In this document: piece after piece, positions 1 to 13,799 of the stretch
How positions within the stretch are numbered: position 1 is the first letter of the stretch
Layout: every line of letters begins with the position of its first letter
Source of the DNA: Octopus bimaculoides
Lineage: Eukaryota
NCBI RefSeq assembly: GCF_001194135.2
Contig: NC_068993.1
Location: 12,102,085-12,166,084, forward strand
Direction: 5' to 3'
DNA: 64,000 bases
The notes under the pieces: generated by a model
Told to the model about the DNA's origin: nothing
Databases searched by the model: none
Seen by the model: only the letters and a program-made list of their open reading frames with translations
Translations under genes and position numbers: made by a program

Positions 1-76
1 TCGTTCTCCTCATACACGTACACCGTTTGCAGAAATCAGGGTCTACAATTTCTACAGGTTCTTAACACATATTAAT

Positions 77-182
<106 letters not shown>

Positions 183-1084
183 CTGTTCTTTGTCCGTGTT
201 TACCACTCACAGCTCCAAAATTTGAATATACTGTCAGACCTAATTTCTTGAAGTACAGAAATTTATAATTACACAATTTTTCTTTCTGACGTTTTGCCGC
301 TATTTCACTAGCCATCATATACAACGCATAACACCAAAACGTGCTGGAAGATGTGAAAATATGTCAAAATAAGTTAAAATAAACTTTAAACGATGTTTAT
401 TATAATTAATTTCTTTCTTTATTTTATTTTACTAGTTTCAGCTCGAGAGCTACTACGACACTGTGGCATCGCCGATTATACATTATTAATATAGAAATTT
501 TACATCGGTAGAAGTTTAAATACTGAGACAGAGTTACAACACTTGATATCGAAAAAGCCACTTGCCTCTTACTGCCCTGAAAACAGTAACAGAAACGGTG
601 ACAGTGGATAGGTTTGAACCAAGAAACTAAAACGCCCGAAATAAAAATTTGGTTTTTTGATTTCGGTAAGAAAATTCTTGAGCGGAACCGCTAGTCGAAA
701 TCCTCGACTGTAATACACGACTGTTGCTAAATTTTATCAGAATGCATATTCTCGGCAGTATTTGAACTTAGGACGTACATAATGGAAATTAAATAATACA
801 CTCCTATTAATTTAATAGTAATCGTCATTATTCTGCCCTGAAAAAAATTATTCCATTTTATATCATAATGATCATTGTATATATATTAACATTAACTTAA
901 CAACTTGCAATTCAAAAGGCCAGTTTGTCATATTCTGAGTTACGCTTAATATCCTGAGAACTACATGAAAGGTACGCATGTCTGTGAAGTGCTAAGCACT
1001 TGCACGTTAATTTCATTCGCAGCAAATGGAACCCACGTCGACGTAGCCGACGAAGTGATGCATATATATATATATATATATATA

Positions 1085-2056
1085 NNNNNNNNNNNNNNNN
1101 NNNNNNNNNNNNNNNNNNNNNNNNNNNNNNNNNNNNNNNNNNNNNNNNNNNNNNNNNNNNNNNNNNNNNNNNNNNNNNNNNNNNNNNNNNNNNNNNNNNN
1201 NNNNNNNNNNNNNNNNNNNNNNNNNNNNNNNNNNNNNNNNNNNNNNNNNNNNNNNNNNNNNNNNNNNNNNNNNNNNNNNNNNNNNNNNNNNNNNNNNNNN
1301 NNNNNNNNNNNNNNNNNNNNNNNNNNNNNNNNNNNNNNNNNNNNNNNNNNNNNNNNNNNNNNNNNNNNNNNNNNNNNNNNNNNNNNNNNNNNNNNNNNNN
1401 NNNNNNNNNNNNNNNNNNNNNNNNNNNNNNNNNNNNNNNNNNNNNNNNNNNNNNNNNNNNNNNNNNNNNNNNNNNNNNNNNNNNNNNNNNNNNNNNNNNN
1501 NNNNNNNNNNNNNNNNNNNNNNNNNNNNNNNNNNNNNNNNNNNNNNNNNNNNNNNNNNNNNNNNNNNNNNNNNNNNNNNNNNNNNNNNNNNNNNNNNNNN
1601 NNNNNNNNNNNNNNNNNNNNNNNNNNNNNNNNNNNNNNNNNNNNNNNNNNNNNNNNNNNNNNNNNNNNNNNNNNNNNNNNNNNNNNNNNNNNNNNNNNNN
1701 NNNNNNNNNNNNNNNNNNNNNNNNNNNNNNNNNNNNNNNNNNNNNNNNNNNNNNNNNNNNNNNNNNNNNNNNNNNNNNNNNNNNNNNNNNNNNNNNNNNN
1801 NNNNNNNNNNNNNNNNNNNNNNNNNNNNNNNNNNNNNNNNNNNNNNNNNNNNNNNNNNNNNNNNNNNNNNNNNNNNNNNNNNNNNNNNNNNNNNNNNNNN
1901 NNNNNNNNNNNNNNNNNNNNNNNNNNNNNNNNNNNNNNNNNNNNNNNNNNNNNNNNNNNNNNNNNNNNNNNNNNNNNNNNNNNNNNNNNNNNNNNNNNNN
2001 NNNNNNNNNNNNNNNNNNNNNNNNNNNNNNNNNNNNNNNNNNNNNNNNNNNNNNNN
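1085..2056. other. Assembly gap (first of 18 N-runs)
   Basis: N-runs at about 1085-2056, 4533-5083, 5770-6113, 12705-12878, 15376-15585, 17865-18064, 21028-21904, 26371-26495, 30680-30938, 32403-32966, 35129-35402, 38397-38909, 45866-45938, 49887-50143, 51799-51808, 53746-53851, 55000-55173 and 57022-57682. Almost all are flanked by (TA)n or (TG)n. Confidence 0.99.
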
Positions 2057-2061
2057 GTCCT

Positions 2062-2110
<49 letters not shown>

Positions 2111-2503
2111 AGAAGAAGGATTTTGGATAATTCCTTTTAGCGCTTTCGTTCGATTATCGAACCTCTAAAGACAAGAACTAAAAGATATGTATGCATATAT
2201 GCATATATGTATGTATGTATATATGTATGTATCTATGTATGTATGTATGTACGTACGTACGGGTACGCAAAATAGGTAAGCAGATATTTAAAGGATATGA
2301 AAGTAATTCTACAACAGTTATTAAATTTCAATGCCAGGGAATCAGTATCATTTCACTTGCTCTGTTAGATAGGGACGCTGACTCTTAATACAGTGGGGAT
2401 TAATAAAATGAAATATCCCCAACTTTGAAAATGTATGTCGGGGTAGATAGAAAAGACAGGATTGTCACTTTCGTAACTTATCTTCTATGCCTGGTTAAAC
2501 TTG

Positions 2504-2547
2504 GCTCACCTGCAGAGAAGAATAAAAAAGAAATACAAAATAAGTCA
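2504..2547 (-). promoter_or_regulatory. Strong 3' splice acceptor immediately followed by a 5' donor consensus (CAG|GTGAGC)
   Basis: Minus strand reads TGAC (branch-like, A at 2545), then a 28-nt tract with 24 pyrimidines (2543-2516), then CTGCAG|GTGAGC. No host gene identified. Confidence 0.35.
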
Positions 2548-2868
2548 TTATAATGGCAAAGTATGGAAGCAAAATATTAGCAACACAGATAATATAGCAG
2601 TAGCAGAGTTACATTAGTGAAATAAATATGTCACAATTGTTATGCTTTATTGAGCAACATTAATTATAGTGGAAAAGAAGATGGACAGAGAAAACATAAC
2701 AAGAAAAATGGCTGCTGTCACTCTAGATTTTGGTGACCTGGTAGCCTCATAAATATTTTTCGACAAATAGTGCTACATACAAAACTATTTCACTCATTTT
2801 TTCGCGCTCTCCATTTCTCACTCGACACCCATTTCCCGCTACTTTGTAATGTAGATAACGTATATATA

Positions 2869-2907
<39 letters not shown>

Positions 2908-4014
2908 ATACACATATGTTTACCTATATATATACACGTAGACATGTGTGTATATTTACATATATATGCATATATATATATATATATATATGTATATTTA
3001 CATGCACATATATTTATACACGCACATACGTACACATATATATCTATACATGCATAAACGTTGTTATTTATAAGCATCTGTCTGTACATATATAGAGAAC
3101 TACATGAAAGTGTTACTTTAATGTGATCATATTCTCGATACGTATCCGTTGGCATCTGCGTGTACGTGAGCTCATCTCGAATCTTTATGACGTATGTCTA
3201 TGCTTTACTGAGTATACGAACGTATGATTATATTATTTCATATTACGTTCGCTGTGTTTAACACGTCTGCTTGTGGATGTGAATGTATATAACTGTAAAT
3301 GTGCATTTATTTGTGAAAATTGTCTCTCTGGTCAAAAGGTGGCTTGTTGAAGCTTTTCACTCTTTGTGAGCTGATTTTCATGTGTTAACATATATTTTTC
3401 CTAGAAGTGAGCATTTGTTATCTTTTCGGTGTGTATATCTGTCTTGTGTGTGTGTGTGTGTGTGTGTAATTGTAACTGTACGTTCGAATGTAAGAGTCTG
3501 TGCTTCTGTGTCTCTGTACGTAAATGAGTGTGAGTGTGTGAGAGAGAGAGTGCCTGTGCATATGTTTCTGTGTGTGTGTGAGAGAGCGTGTATTTATGTG
3601 TTGTGTGTGTGCGCATGTTTGTGCTTGTTTATTTCTGTGTGTTTTGTTCTTTTCCGAATATATGATTCAACATTAAATCGTTATGGAAATAATTACCAGT
3701 TTGTAATTTTGAAAATTTCATCCACTTTGTCTAAAAAGTAATTTCTTAATGCGTGATAATCAATGATAAGAAGGAGGGGTAACAGGTTGGCGGTATCGTT
3801 AGAACATCGCTTCAAACACCTTGCATTATTTGCCTCCTCTTGTTACTTTCAGAGTTCAATTACTACCGAGAATAACTTGCCGTACAGCATTTCTGTGTAG
3901 ATAAAAAAAAATGCTACCGGTAAAATACGGTGGAAGATGGTTCATCGCACGTTATCAATCGAGACAACTTTTCTTTTCGAATTGGCTAAGTTCAAGTATA
4001 AAAGTTGTCAAACG

Positions 4015-4150
4015 ATGGTTTCAAATTTTGCCACATGGGTCGATTACATTGACCCCAGTGTTCAACTGGTACTCATTTTATAAACCCCCAATGAATCAAA
4101 GGCAAATTCGATCTCGGCGGAATTTGAACTCAGAACGTACGACGGACGAA
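4015..4150 (-). mobile_element. SINE family A fragment (octopus-type tRNA-derived SINE)
   Basis: Contains ggaatttgaactcagaacg (reverse complement of the B-box region GTTCTGAGTTCAAATTCC) plus the gtcgattacattgaccccagt/actggtact body shared with more than 15 copies in the window. Confidence 0.8.
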
Positions 4151-4501
4151 AAGAAAAAGGTGTCAAATAATTACCAGAAAGACGTTGCGATGCAACCCAT
4201 TATGGAAAAGAAAAAAAAATGTTATTGAAATCTGCCAGGGATCAGCTGATATGAAGAGCTGGAGGCAAAGGAAGATGAAGAAAATGAAGTAATGGACGAT
4301 TCAGAATTATAAAGAAAGGAGAAATTGTGACGGCAAAATAATTAAATAAAGAAACAAACAAATAAATAGATAAAAATTAAAAGGCGACCATGCGCTCAAA
4401 GACACACATATGAATATGTCATACACATGCGTATGAGAAACATAGATATGTGTGTGTTTGCGTTTGCAGTGTGTGTACATGTGTTTGTGAGTATGTAAAT
4501 A

Positions 4502-4533
<32 letters not shown>

Positions 4534-5144
4534 NNNNNNNNNNNNNNNNNNNNNNNNNNNNNNNNNNNNNNNNNNNNNNNNNNNNNNNNNNNNNNNNNNN
4601 NNNNNNNNNNNNNNNNNNNNNNNNNNNNNNNNNNNNNNNNNNNNNNNNNNNNNNNNNNNNNNNNNNNNNNNNNNNNNNNNNNNNNNNNNNNNNNNNNNNN
4701 NNNNNNNNNNNNNNNNNNNNNNNNNNNNNNNNNNNNNNNNNNNNNNNNNNNNNNNNNNNNNNNNNNNNNNNNNNNNNNNNNNNNNNNNNNNNNNNNNNNN
4801 NNNNNNNNNNNNNNNNNNNNNNNNNNNNNNNNNNNNNNNNNNNNNNNNNNNNNNNNNNNNNNNNNNNNNNNNNNNNNNNNNNNNNNNNNNNNNNNNNNNN
4901 NNNNNNNNNNNNNNNNNNNNNNNNNNNNNNNNNNNNNNNNNNNNNNNNNNNNNNNNNNNNNNNNNNNNNNNNNNNNNNNNNNNNNNNNNNNNNNNNNNNN
5001 NNNNNNNNNNNNNNNNNNNNNNNNNNNNNNNNNNNNNNNNNNNNNNNNNNNNNNNNNNNNNNNNNNNNNNNNNNNNNNNNNNNGGTAGGAGAAGGAGTGA
5101 GTGTTAGATTAAATAGCGATGCAGCTGTGTTTCAAAAGATAGAT

Positions 5145-5185
<41 letters not shown>

Positions 5186-5488
5186 TAGATAGATAGATAG
5201 ACAGAGCGAATTACAGATAGACATGCAAACAGACACGTAGATAGAGAGCCAGAGAGATAGGGAGATGTTCAGTCAGACCGACGGATTGATAGGTAACAGA
5301 GAAATATAGATCGTTTTAGGAATAGGTAGATAGAAAGGTAAGTAGACTGGAAGATAGGTAGATAGATAGATATATAGATGGATTGAGTAACAGATAGAAA
5401 GCTAGATAGACAAGCATGTATATATAGTCAAAGACTGAGACTAAATAACTAAAATAAACTGGCACACACATACAGACTTTCACATAAA

Positions 5489-5535
<47 letters not shown>

Positions 5536-6189
5536 AACGGGTCAGAGTTGCAAATAAGTACATATATACATGTATGTGTGCGTTTGCCTGGGTGCGAGTG
5601 TTTGTACAAACATAGACAACATGAAGAAAATGCTAGGAATAAGTGCAAAAATGTTCAAATGCTACAGGAAAAGTATATAAACATATACATATATGGTAAG
5701 AAGGGCTACATTACAGCATGCTTGCTGCTATTTCTAGCAATGTATTTGTCTTGACAATCTTAATCATGTNNNNNNNNNNNNNNNNNNNNNNNNNNNNNNN
5801 NNNNNNNNNNNNNNNNNNNNNNNNNNNNNNNNNNNNNNNNNNNNNNNNNNNNNNNNNNNNNNNNNNNNNNNNNNNNNNNNNNNNNNNNNNNNNNNNNNNN
5901 NNNNNNNNNNNNNNNNNNNNNNNNNNNNNNNNNNNNNNNNNNNNNNNNNNNNNNNNNNNNNNNNNNNNNNNNNNNNNNNNNNNNNNNNNNNNNNNNNNNN
6001 NNNNNNNNNNNNNNNNNNNNNNNNNNNNNNNNNNNNNNNNNNNNNNNNNNNNNNNNNNNNNNNNNNNNNNNNNNNNNNNNNNNNNNNNNNNNNNNNNNNN
6101 NNNNNNNNNNNNNNGAAACAATTGTGATTAATAATAAATTTCTGCATTATTCCATCTCTTCCGTCTTTCATCTGGAATATAGATTAATG

Positions 6190-6199
6190 TGTGTGTATG

Positions 6200-6240
<41 letters not shown>

Positions 6241-6303
6241 CAGACATATACATAGATAGAGAGAGATCTTGATAGATATATAGATAGATAGATAGATAAA
6301 TAT

Positions 6304-6354
<51 letters not shown>

Positions 6355-6387
6355 TATAGATAGATAGATAGATAAATATATATATAT

Positions 6388-6430
<43 letters not shown>

Positions 6431-6480
6431 CAGATTGATGGATGGATGGATGGATGGATGGATCGATGGATCGATGGAAA
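6190..6480. repeat. Compound (GT)n-(TAGA)n-(GATG)n microsatellite
   Basis: Seen directly. Source of the IYLSIYLS ORFs. Confidence 0.95.
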
Positions 6481-6939
6481 CATGGATAAGGCGACAGCAA
6501 ATACATTCTAAGAGTAAATGATAGTGCGAAATGATATGCACGTTGCGTGTATGCCACGCAACGTGATTATTCGCGAGTCCTTATGAAAACGTGTGTCTAT
6601 GCGAGAGATATTGTGTGATATAAAGCGAGCATTTATAATATTGAAAATTATATAATATAAATAATATAAATAGGAAACTATGGTAGCTAATACAGTAAAA
6701 CTTTGCGAGAGAGAGGGATGCAAGAGACCGAGGAAAGCGGAGAGAGAGAGAGCGAGTGAGAGAGAGAGAGAGAGAGTAAGAGGAGCGCGCAATAGGAAGG
6801 GGAAGGAAAGAGGGAGGGTAAGAGACGCATAAATAGGATGAGATTCATCTCAGATAAATTTTGCAGCAGGGTGTGAAAGAATGAATTTACGAATATGAGG
6901 GTAGCTTGTGTGTATTACCAGTGTGATTGAAACACTTGC

Positions 6940-6980
<41 letters not shown>

Positions 6981-9020
6981 TGTGTATGTGTGTGTGTGTA
7001 TGTGTGTGTATATTCGTGCGAATGCGTAAGTATGCAGGCGTATGTGCATGTCATTGTGTGTGCGTTTATCATGTTGAGAGATCTCACAAACGAGATAAAG
7101 TTAAGGGTGTTGTGTGTGTGTGTGTGTGTGTGTCAGTGATTACGTGTGAGTGTGCACTTGATTAGAAGATCTCCCAAACGAGATAAATTTAAGGCTTCTG
7201 TATCGATACATCTATATATTTTAGCGTGTTGCGGTGTATGTGTGCGTGTCTACGTGTCTCCGTTTGTACAGGGAAACTGAGGAAGAAGAAAGCAAGAGGT
7301 TCAGTGAAAGAAGAACAGAGGGATATATGTGTGAGCATGTTGAATGTCTGTGTGTGCATAAAGAGACTGAGAAAGGAGAGACGGAGAGGCACAAGGAAAG
7401 AAGGAACCTGAGAAAGGGAGGTTAGAGACAAAAATGGCGATGGAAGATATAAAGAGAGAATAAGGAAGGAAGAGTGAAAAAGAGAAAAAAACAAGATGGG
7501 AGAAGTATGCAGGATGTAAAGTGAAAGTTAGAGATAATTCAAAAGGAGATTAAAATGGGAGATTGACGGTAAATTCAAACATTTGATGCGACATATGTAA
7601 AGAATATACAAGTCAGGAAAAAATAGAAGAGTTAAAATTCCGTTATGAACGGATCTATGTGTTAAAGAATGATCGATAACGAAGTGGAAGGTGAACGGGG
7701 AGTGACTGATAAAGAAGCAATAAGAGGTAACGTGGTGAACAAGGAAACGAGATAGGATGCGATAGGATGAGATAGGATAATTGTCCAAGAAAGGGGTACA
7801 GAGAAAAATTTTCCGCTCTCTCAGGTGCGCACTGGTTTATAAGTGGTGTGTGTGTGTGTATTTGAATTGTTGTATGTACGTGTGTATGTTCGTACGTATG
7901 TATGTATCTATGTATGTATACACATAATGCACACTTATATTTACCTTGTAGTTTTAGAGAATCCAACAAGTTTTCCTGATTTCTAGCCTTATCTCGTGGG
8001 GCTTCAAACGTTGGGAGTTTGCTGCTTTTGATATAAGTATGCATGGCGTAGTTATGGTTTCAGCGTCACTGTACCTCATAATATCGTTTGGTCATTCATT
8101 TGGAGTGTCACAGTGATTTCCTAATTAAGACTTCACATGTCTAAATGTTTGCCATCCGCACAACTCAAAGTGTATAAAAGCGGCAGCGGAGTTTTTTAAA
8201 AAAATAAACAAGAATACAAAAATCTGTGAAATTAAAAGCCGCAGAAAAATTAGAGATGTTTGCACGATTAGAAAGCGACGGAAATGAATGGTTTATGATT
8301 TACGAATATCAAAGGCCAGATTGCAAAATTTTAATGTCCCTAGAATTAAAGACCTCTCCTTTGGTCCCTTCTTCATTATACAACGCTGTTTTTTTCTTTC
8401 ATAATGCACTGCAGCTAACTTTCATTAGCCTTGAAACTAACCCTCATGTGCTTTCCACGATATCTACATACGGTTAGCAAATCGAGATTCGTGCGTAAAA
8501 CAGTAAAACGTTAATATACATAACATACAAATATACTTACATTTATTTTTATTGGTGCCAGTTTCATGTATTTTATACTCTCCACTATAGAACCTTGTTT
8601 TAAAGCAACCCCTAGTAATATGACCTTTGATTTTCATAAATTGCAAACAGTTCACTTCTTTTTTTTATTTTACGTCGTTAATTTTAAGGAAGCATGTTAC
8701 TGAAATGTCGCTTTATTATTCAACAAGCATCTCCAATTTTTACATGATATGTAGTTCACAGTTATATATTTTTTAATCATCACTGGTAAATCATTGAAAC
8801 ACAGTGTGAAAATAGGCCTACACCATTTCATCGATAGCAAATATTATATAAGGTTCGCATTTATTTAGATTTCTGTGTGTATTTATGTATATACATACTT
8901 ACATTGAGAGATTACCTATCTACAATAATTGTTTTATTCGGTATTTATATCATATTTGTACTTTTATTATGAAATATCCTCCACTGACACCAAATATTTT
9001 GCTTGTCTTTCTTGCATTTT

Positions 9021-9125
<105 letters not shown>

Positions 9126-9764
9126 CATATATATGTATATATACGTATGTATTTATATATATACATTTACTTATCGGTAAAGAAACCTATTGATTTTTTT
9201 CATACCCATAATTTACCTTGTCCTCTACATTTTTCTAATTATATCACACCGTATCTTCTTCATCCTTTCTATCATCTTTTCTGCTTTCACATCGTCCGGA
9301 GGCCACACAATATCTTCTCGTACCTATCTCTTAACATAGAAACAATCGAAGCACCTTCGATATTTAAATATCTGATACACCTATGCTGATTTTATCACCA
9401 ATATGCTATATTGACGATTTCGCATAGTTGAATTATTGTGCTAAGATAGATTCATTTTGCCTTCTCCGCAAAAGGGCATGTCATGCGATGTAACGTTTTT
9501 TTACTATATTAATTTTCCCGTAAATATATTATGTGAAGAAAATGAAGTGAGTCGGACGCACAGTTGATTATCGTTTAAATATCTTTCAGTATTCATCATT
9601 TATGCCCTTTTCTATCATTACATTGTAAATATAATCACCACTTTTCATCTGAATTCGATACGACGCATGGCTAATTGATTTGCAGTATTTGTTCCGACGT
9701 TGTGGCTATGCCGCTGGATACGTTTGTTTTCCGTAAGCTAGCTGCCAATAAAAATAAACAAACG

Positions 9765-9965
9765 CAAGCGTAGCTCTGTGGTAAGCAGCTTGATTTCCAA
9801 TCACATGGTTCTGGCTTAAGTCCCACTACGTGGAATCTCGGGCAGGTATGTTTTACTATGGCCTGAAAGCTCTACGCGAGCGTGTGAGGGGATTTGATAA
9901 TCTGAAATAAAAGTGCTATCCCAGGAGGGCTGCAGTTTAATGACTGAAACAAGTAAATGATAGAT
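9765..9965 (+). mobile_element. SINE family B (tRNA-like head), degenerate
   Basis: Head gctctgtggtaagcagcttgatttccaatcacatggttctggcttaagtcccact has A/B-box-like motifs. Tail gcagtttaatgactgaaacaagtaaa matches the reverse complement of the copies at 48.7 kb and 51.8 kb. Confidence 0.75.
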
Positions 9966-10074
9966 AAAAAAAAATTCACTGTATTAAATTGGCAGGTTTG
10001 TTAGAACACAGGACGCAAATATTCGGTCAGACACTTCCTTGAAGAGTTTTTTTTTTTTCTGATAGATGTAATAA

Positions 10075-10790
10075 GGTGCTGCCTGGTTAAGTATCGCATC
10101 CTGTTGCTAAGATGCTATCAGCATATATCACTCTATTGCCAGAATTCGGTTAAGATGTTTAGACTGAGGATAGCACAAACTCTCCTTTTAGCCAGTTTCG
10201 AAGGCTTGGGAAAATAATATCCAGTGTTCGCGATTTTTCTTCCTTCAGCCTCCTTCCTTCAGATGAAGAACAAATTGATATGTATCGGATTTTCCTTTGT
10301 TATTGCTTGGCACGAATCGAGTTCATGTGAGCGAGTTTATATTCAAGGTTGTGTTACCTCAAAAATCCTATCTTTAGTCAAAGTATTTAGAACTATGGTA
10401 TCTGATAAGCTCTTCGTTTTCACTGATATTAAAGTAAGATTTTCTAAAGAGCTTCTCAGTAATTTAGGTGTTAGCTCTGAAATGAAATTCACGTCATCCA
10501 ACAAAATCTACACTTAATTAAAAATATGAGTTATTTTGTCTACATTCAAAGCAAATGTCATAATAGTCTTATTCAATTCCTTGCTTTTTTACGGAACAAG
10601 GAATTTCTACATTTTCTGTGATTCGAACTGTAAACAGTGTGTGACCTGTCTTCATGATGTTATACAACTTAATCCAGCGCTTTAATAGAGGCAATGTTCA
10701 TATCCACTGAACATAGTCTCGTCAATCATAGATTGCTTTAAACAGAACAGAGAACACTGTTTTCATATTTACAGAGATCGCATTTTCCCT
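10075..10790 (-). mobile_element. Decayed non-LTR retrotransposon reverse-transcriptase relic (RTE/CR1-like)
   Basis: Hand translation of the minus strand gives LKRWIKLYNIMK..TVRITENVEIPCSVKKQG ... ILLDDVNFISE (YADD-position motif) ... RKIANTGYYF..LAKR. Many stops and frameshifts. Confidence 0.5.
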
Positions 10791-11332
10791 TTCCCATTCT
10801 TATTTCACCACTAAACACAAATAGTGGAAGAAGAAATGTATAAAAGTAAACCTGTTGAATCATTTATGCACACTGAGAATTATTCATTCAATAAAATGTT
10901 CATCTTCTGTAGAAACTGAAAAACAATTGTCGCAGTTCTTAATTTCTAAACACAGTGTAAACAATTGATAGAGTATATAGAAAGCCCGAGGGAATTTATC
11001 ATGTTCAATTTAAATTATATTCAGGCGATGCGTTGTTATTAAATATTAATCTTTCTGTCCTTCGCCCTCTCGTCCTCCTCCTATCCATCTCTGTGTATAC
11101 ATATAAATATACTTACTCCCACCAAATTTATATGGGTTTTATGTGTACGTGTGCGGGGATGTGTATCTAGACATGTATACATACTATATAAGCTAAGGCA
11201 CATATGAGCGTCGGCCTGCATGCGTGTATATTTATATATACGTGCTTATGTAAACAAAATCAAATATATAACTGTACGCGCATGTATATGAACATATAAG
11301 AGAAAGTATTTATATATGAATAGGTATTTGCT

Positions 11333-11389
<57 letters not shown>

Positions 11390-11929
11390 ATGTATATATA
11401 TATAAGTACACATGTACGTGTTTATTAGTATATATAAAAATGTACATATATATATATATATATATATACATACACGAACTCACACACACATATATATGTA
11501 AATCAGTAAGGAATTTCGGTCCATGTGTTTTCTTTCTTTTGTTCTAGCAACTACCATGTCAGGAGTATTGAACTAGAGTATCAGTTCCCGAGTATAGTAT
11601 TCCACAACAACGGTAGAAATGGTTAAGCGAAATCAGCATTACAATGTGACATGAGGCCTCTTAATTTCCGCGTAGCAATTTATGACCACAGTTTATGTTC
11701 TGTACTGATGCTATATAAAATTACACTTCAGTATAACGCCAACCAGCGAGGTGGAAAATGGGGCAGTTGTTTGTGAAGTGCACTTCAATCGCCTGGAACC
11801 ATATGCAGGTATATATAACAAACACACACACAGGCATATATATTCATATGCACTTTCACCGTTGTTTAAAGACAAAACATTTTAAAAAGACCAATACAGG
11901 AATAACAATGATATTAGTTTAACGTTTCA

Positions 11930-12272
11930 ATGGGAAAATGATGACCTTAACGCTTCGGGAGTTAGGCCGTCATAAGAAAAACTGATAAACAAAGAGAGGC
12001 GCAGAGAGAATGAGTGAAAGAAAGTCTAAGTGTCTACAATAGGTGTGAAAGGATACAACAAGAATTTGAAGGTTTAGAAACCAAGTAAAGTGGCGTTTTT
12101 AAGGGGGTGTTAAGACGGGTGGAAAGGACAGATGTGGTGCGTGTGAGAGTGATGTATGCAAATGTGCAAGTACGGTGATGGTGGTGATAGGATGGTGAGG
12201 TGTAAAATTTTTAGATAGGAAATGTGAAATTGTATTTCTGAAGTGATGAGAGAGGGGACGAGTTACTGGTAA
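11930..12272 (-). mobile_element. Penelope-like element 3' end relic
   Basis: Minus strand reads PLSHHF...KRHFTWFLNLQIL (resembles the GIY-YIG C-terminal tail). It is followed by cttATGACGGcctaactcccGAAGCgttaag, a degenerate CTGAnGA..GAAAC hammerhead-type terminal motif. Confidence 0.45.
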
Positions 12273-12878
12273 TAAAGATATTTTTAAAGCTCAGGGAAAC
12301 GCAACAGCAATTCGGAAAGTGTCATTTATTTTTATTCAAAGACATGAACAAATACAAGTATATTTAAAATGCATGCCGTGTATAAATATAATCTGATTTG
12401 AAAAAGATCAAGCGAGTATGCTATTCAGATATTTAAACTTTCTGTGTTTGGATGCTGGAAAAATTAACACCACTGACCTACAAAAATAGAGTAGTATCTG
12501 AAATGGTACGAGTATTTATTTGCTAGTTTTATTTCGATTACTTCCTGAAAGAAAACAATAAAATGTATGTAGTGAAAACTTCATCGAACAATTTGATTTT
12601 TGGTTTTGCTTTCAGACATAGATACCGTAAATGACTTAAGATAACTACTTTTTGTAGCTGCATACAAGGCAATCAATAGCAAGTATATATATATATATAT
12701 ATATNNNNNNNNNNNNNNNNNNNNNNNNNNNNNNNNNNNNNNNNNNNNNNNNNNNNNNNNNNNNNNNNNNNNNNNNNNNNNNNNNNNNNNNNNNNNNNNN
12801 NNNNNNNNNNNNNNNNNNNNNNNNNNNNNNNNNNNNNNNNNNNNNNNNNNNNNNNNNNNNNNNNNNNNNNNNNNNNNN

Positions 12879-12921
<43 letters not shown>

Positions 12922-12944
12922 CTCTCTCTCTCTATCTCTCTCTG

Positions 12945-12977
<33 letters not shown>

Positions 12978-13799
12978 CGGAGAAAATCGATAATAGGATA
13001 CATTATCAGTGAAGTAATCAGTGACCAAATAATAATAAATACTGAAGACCGAGTTCCGATATACAGATCTGCAAGTATCTCATTTGTCAATTTATTAATT
13101 CGCTCAAGGCGGTAATATAAATAAGGTAATCGGTTTTAAGAATAGATGAGCTAAATAGCTTTTGGTTGAAATGACATTTGCTGCCTGTGTAGAACTGTTT
13201 ACTAATATATTTTGTTCGACTTTTTTTTCCCCAAAATGATGTTGATATATATGGCGATCTTTGTTTTCTTTCATTTTATTTAAATATATGTCCCTCTGCA
13301 TGGACAATTTTCTGCAGCTCTACTATATATTATTGAAAATATTGTAGATAATTCATTTAAAGTATTTTTACTTACGGACATTTTGCAAAGACTTTGGTAT
13401 ATGCATTTATTGACTAAATGATTCTATACCAATTGATATTCGAGAACGCTTATTTTTGATAAGACTTAATCTGCTTGGGTATTTTGCAGTCTCGAAAAAT
13501 CAAGTATATCAGCAGCTCTCTTGATTTTCAATTCACGAAGAATAATGTTCCTTGTCATTTGGTAGGAAATTAAGTTCGAGTGATTCAAGAAGTATGTCTG
13601 CGCTATTGAAAGTGTTTCACAGAAGTCTAAAATGGTTAAACTATTTCGAGCACAAGATTAAGTAAATTAGATCCATTAAAACAATACATGTGCACACAGT
13701 TCACGTTTGAAAGGAAAATAAAGAGAGCTATGAAAGAATAGAGTGTTTGCGTAGACGAATAAATTATTGGGCGTCTGAAAATGTCATTGAATTGAAGTC

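Noticed and set aside
13490-13561. 72-bp AG...GT-bounded open segment (candidate internal exon)
   Set aside because: Weak donor (TTG|GTAGGA), unrecognisable peptide and no partner exons.
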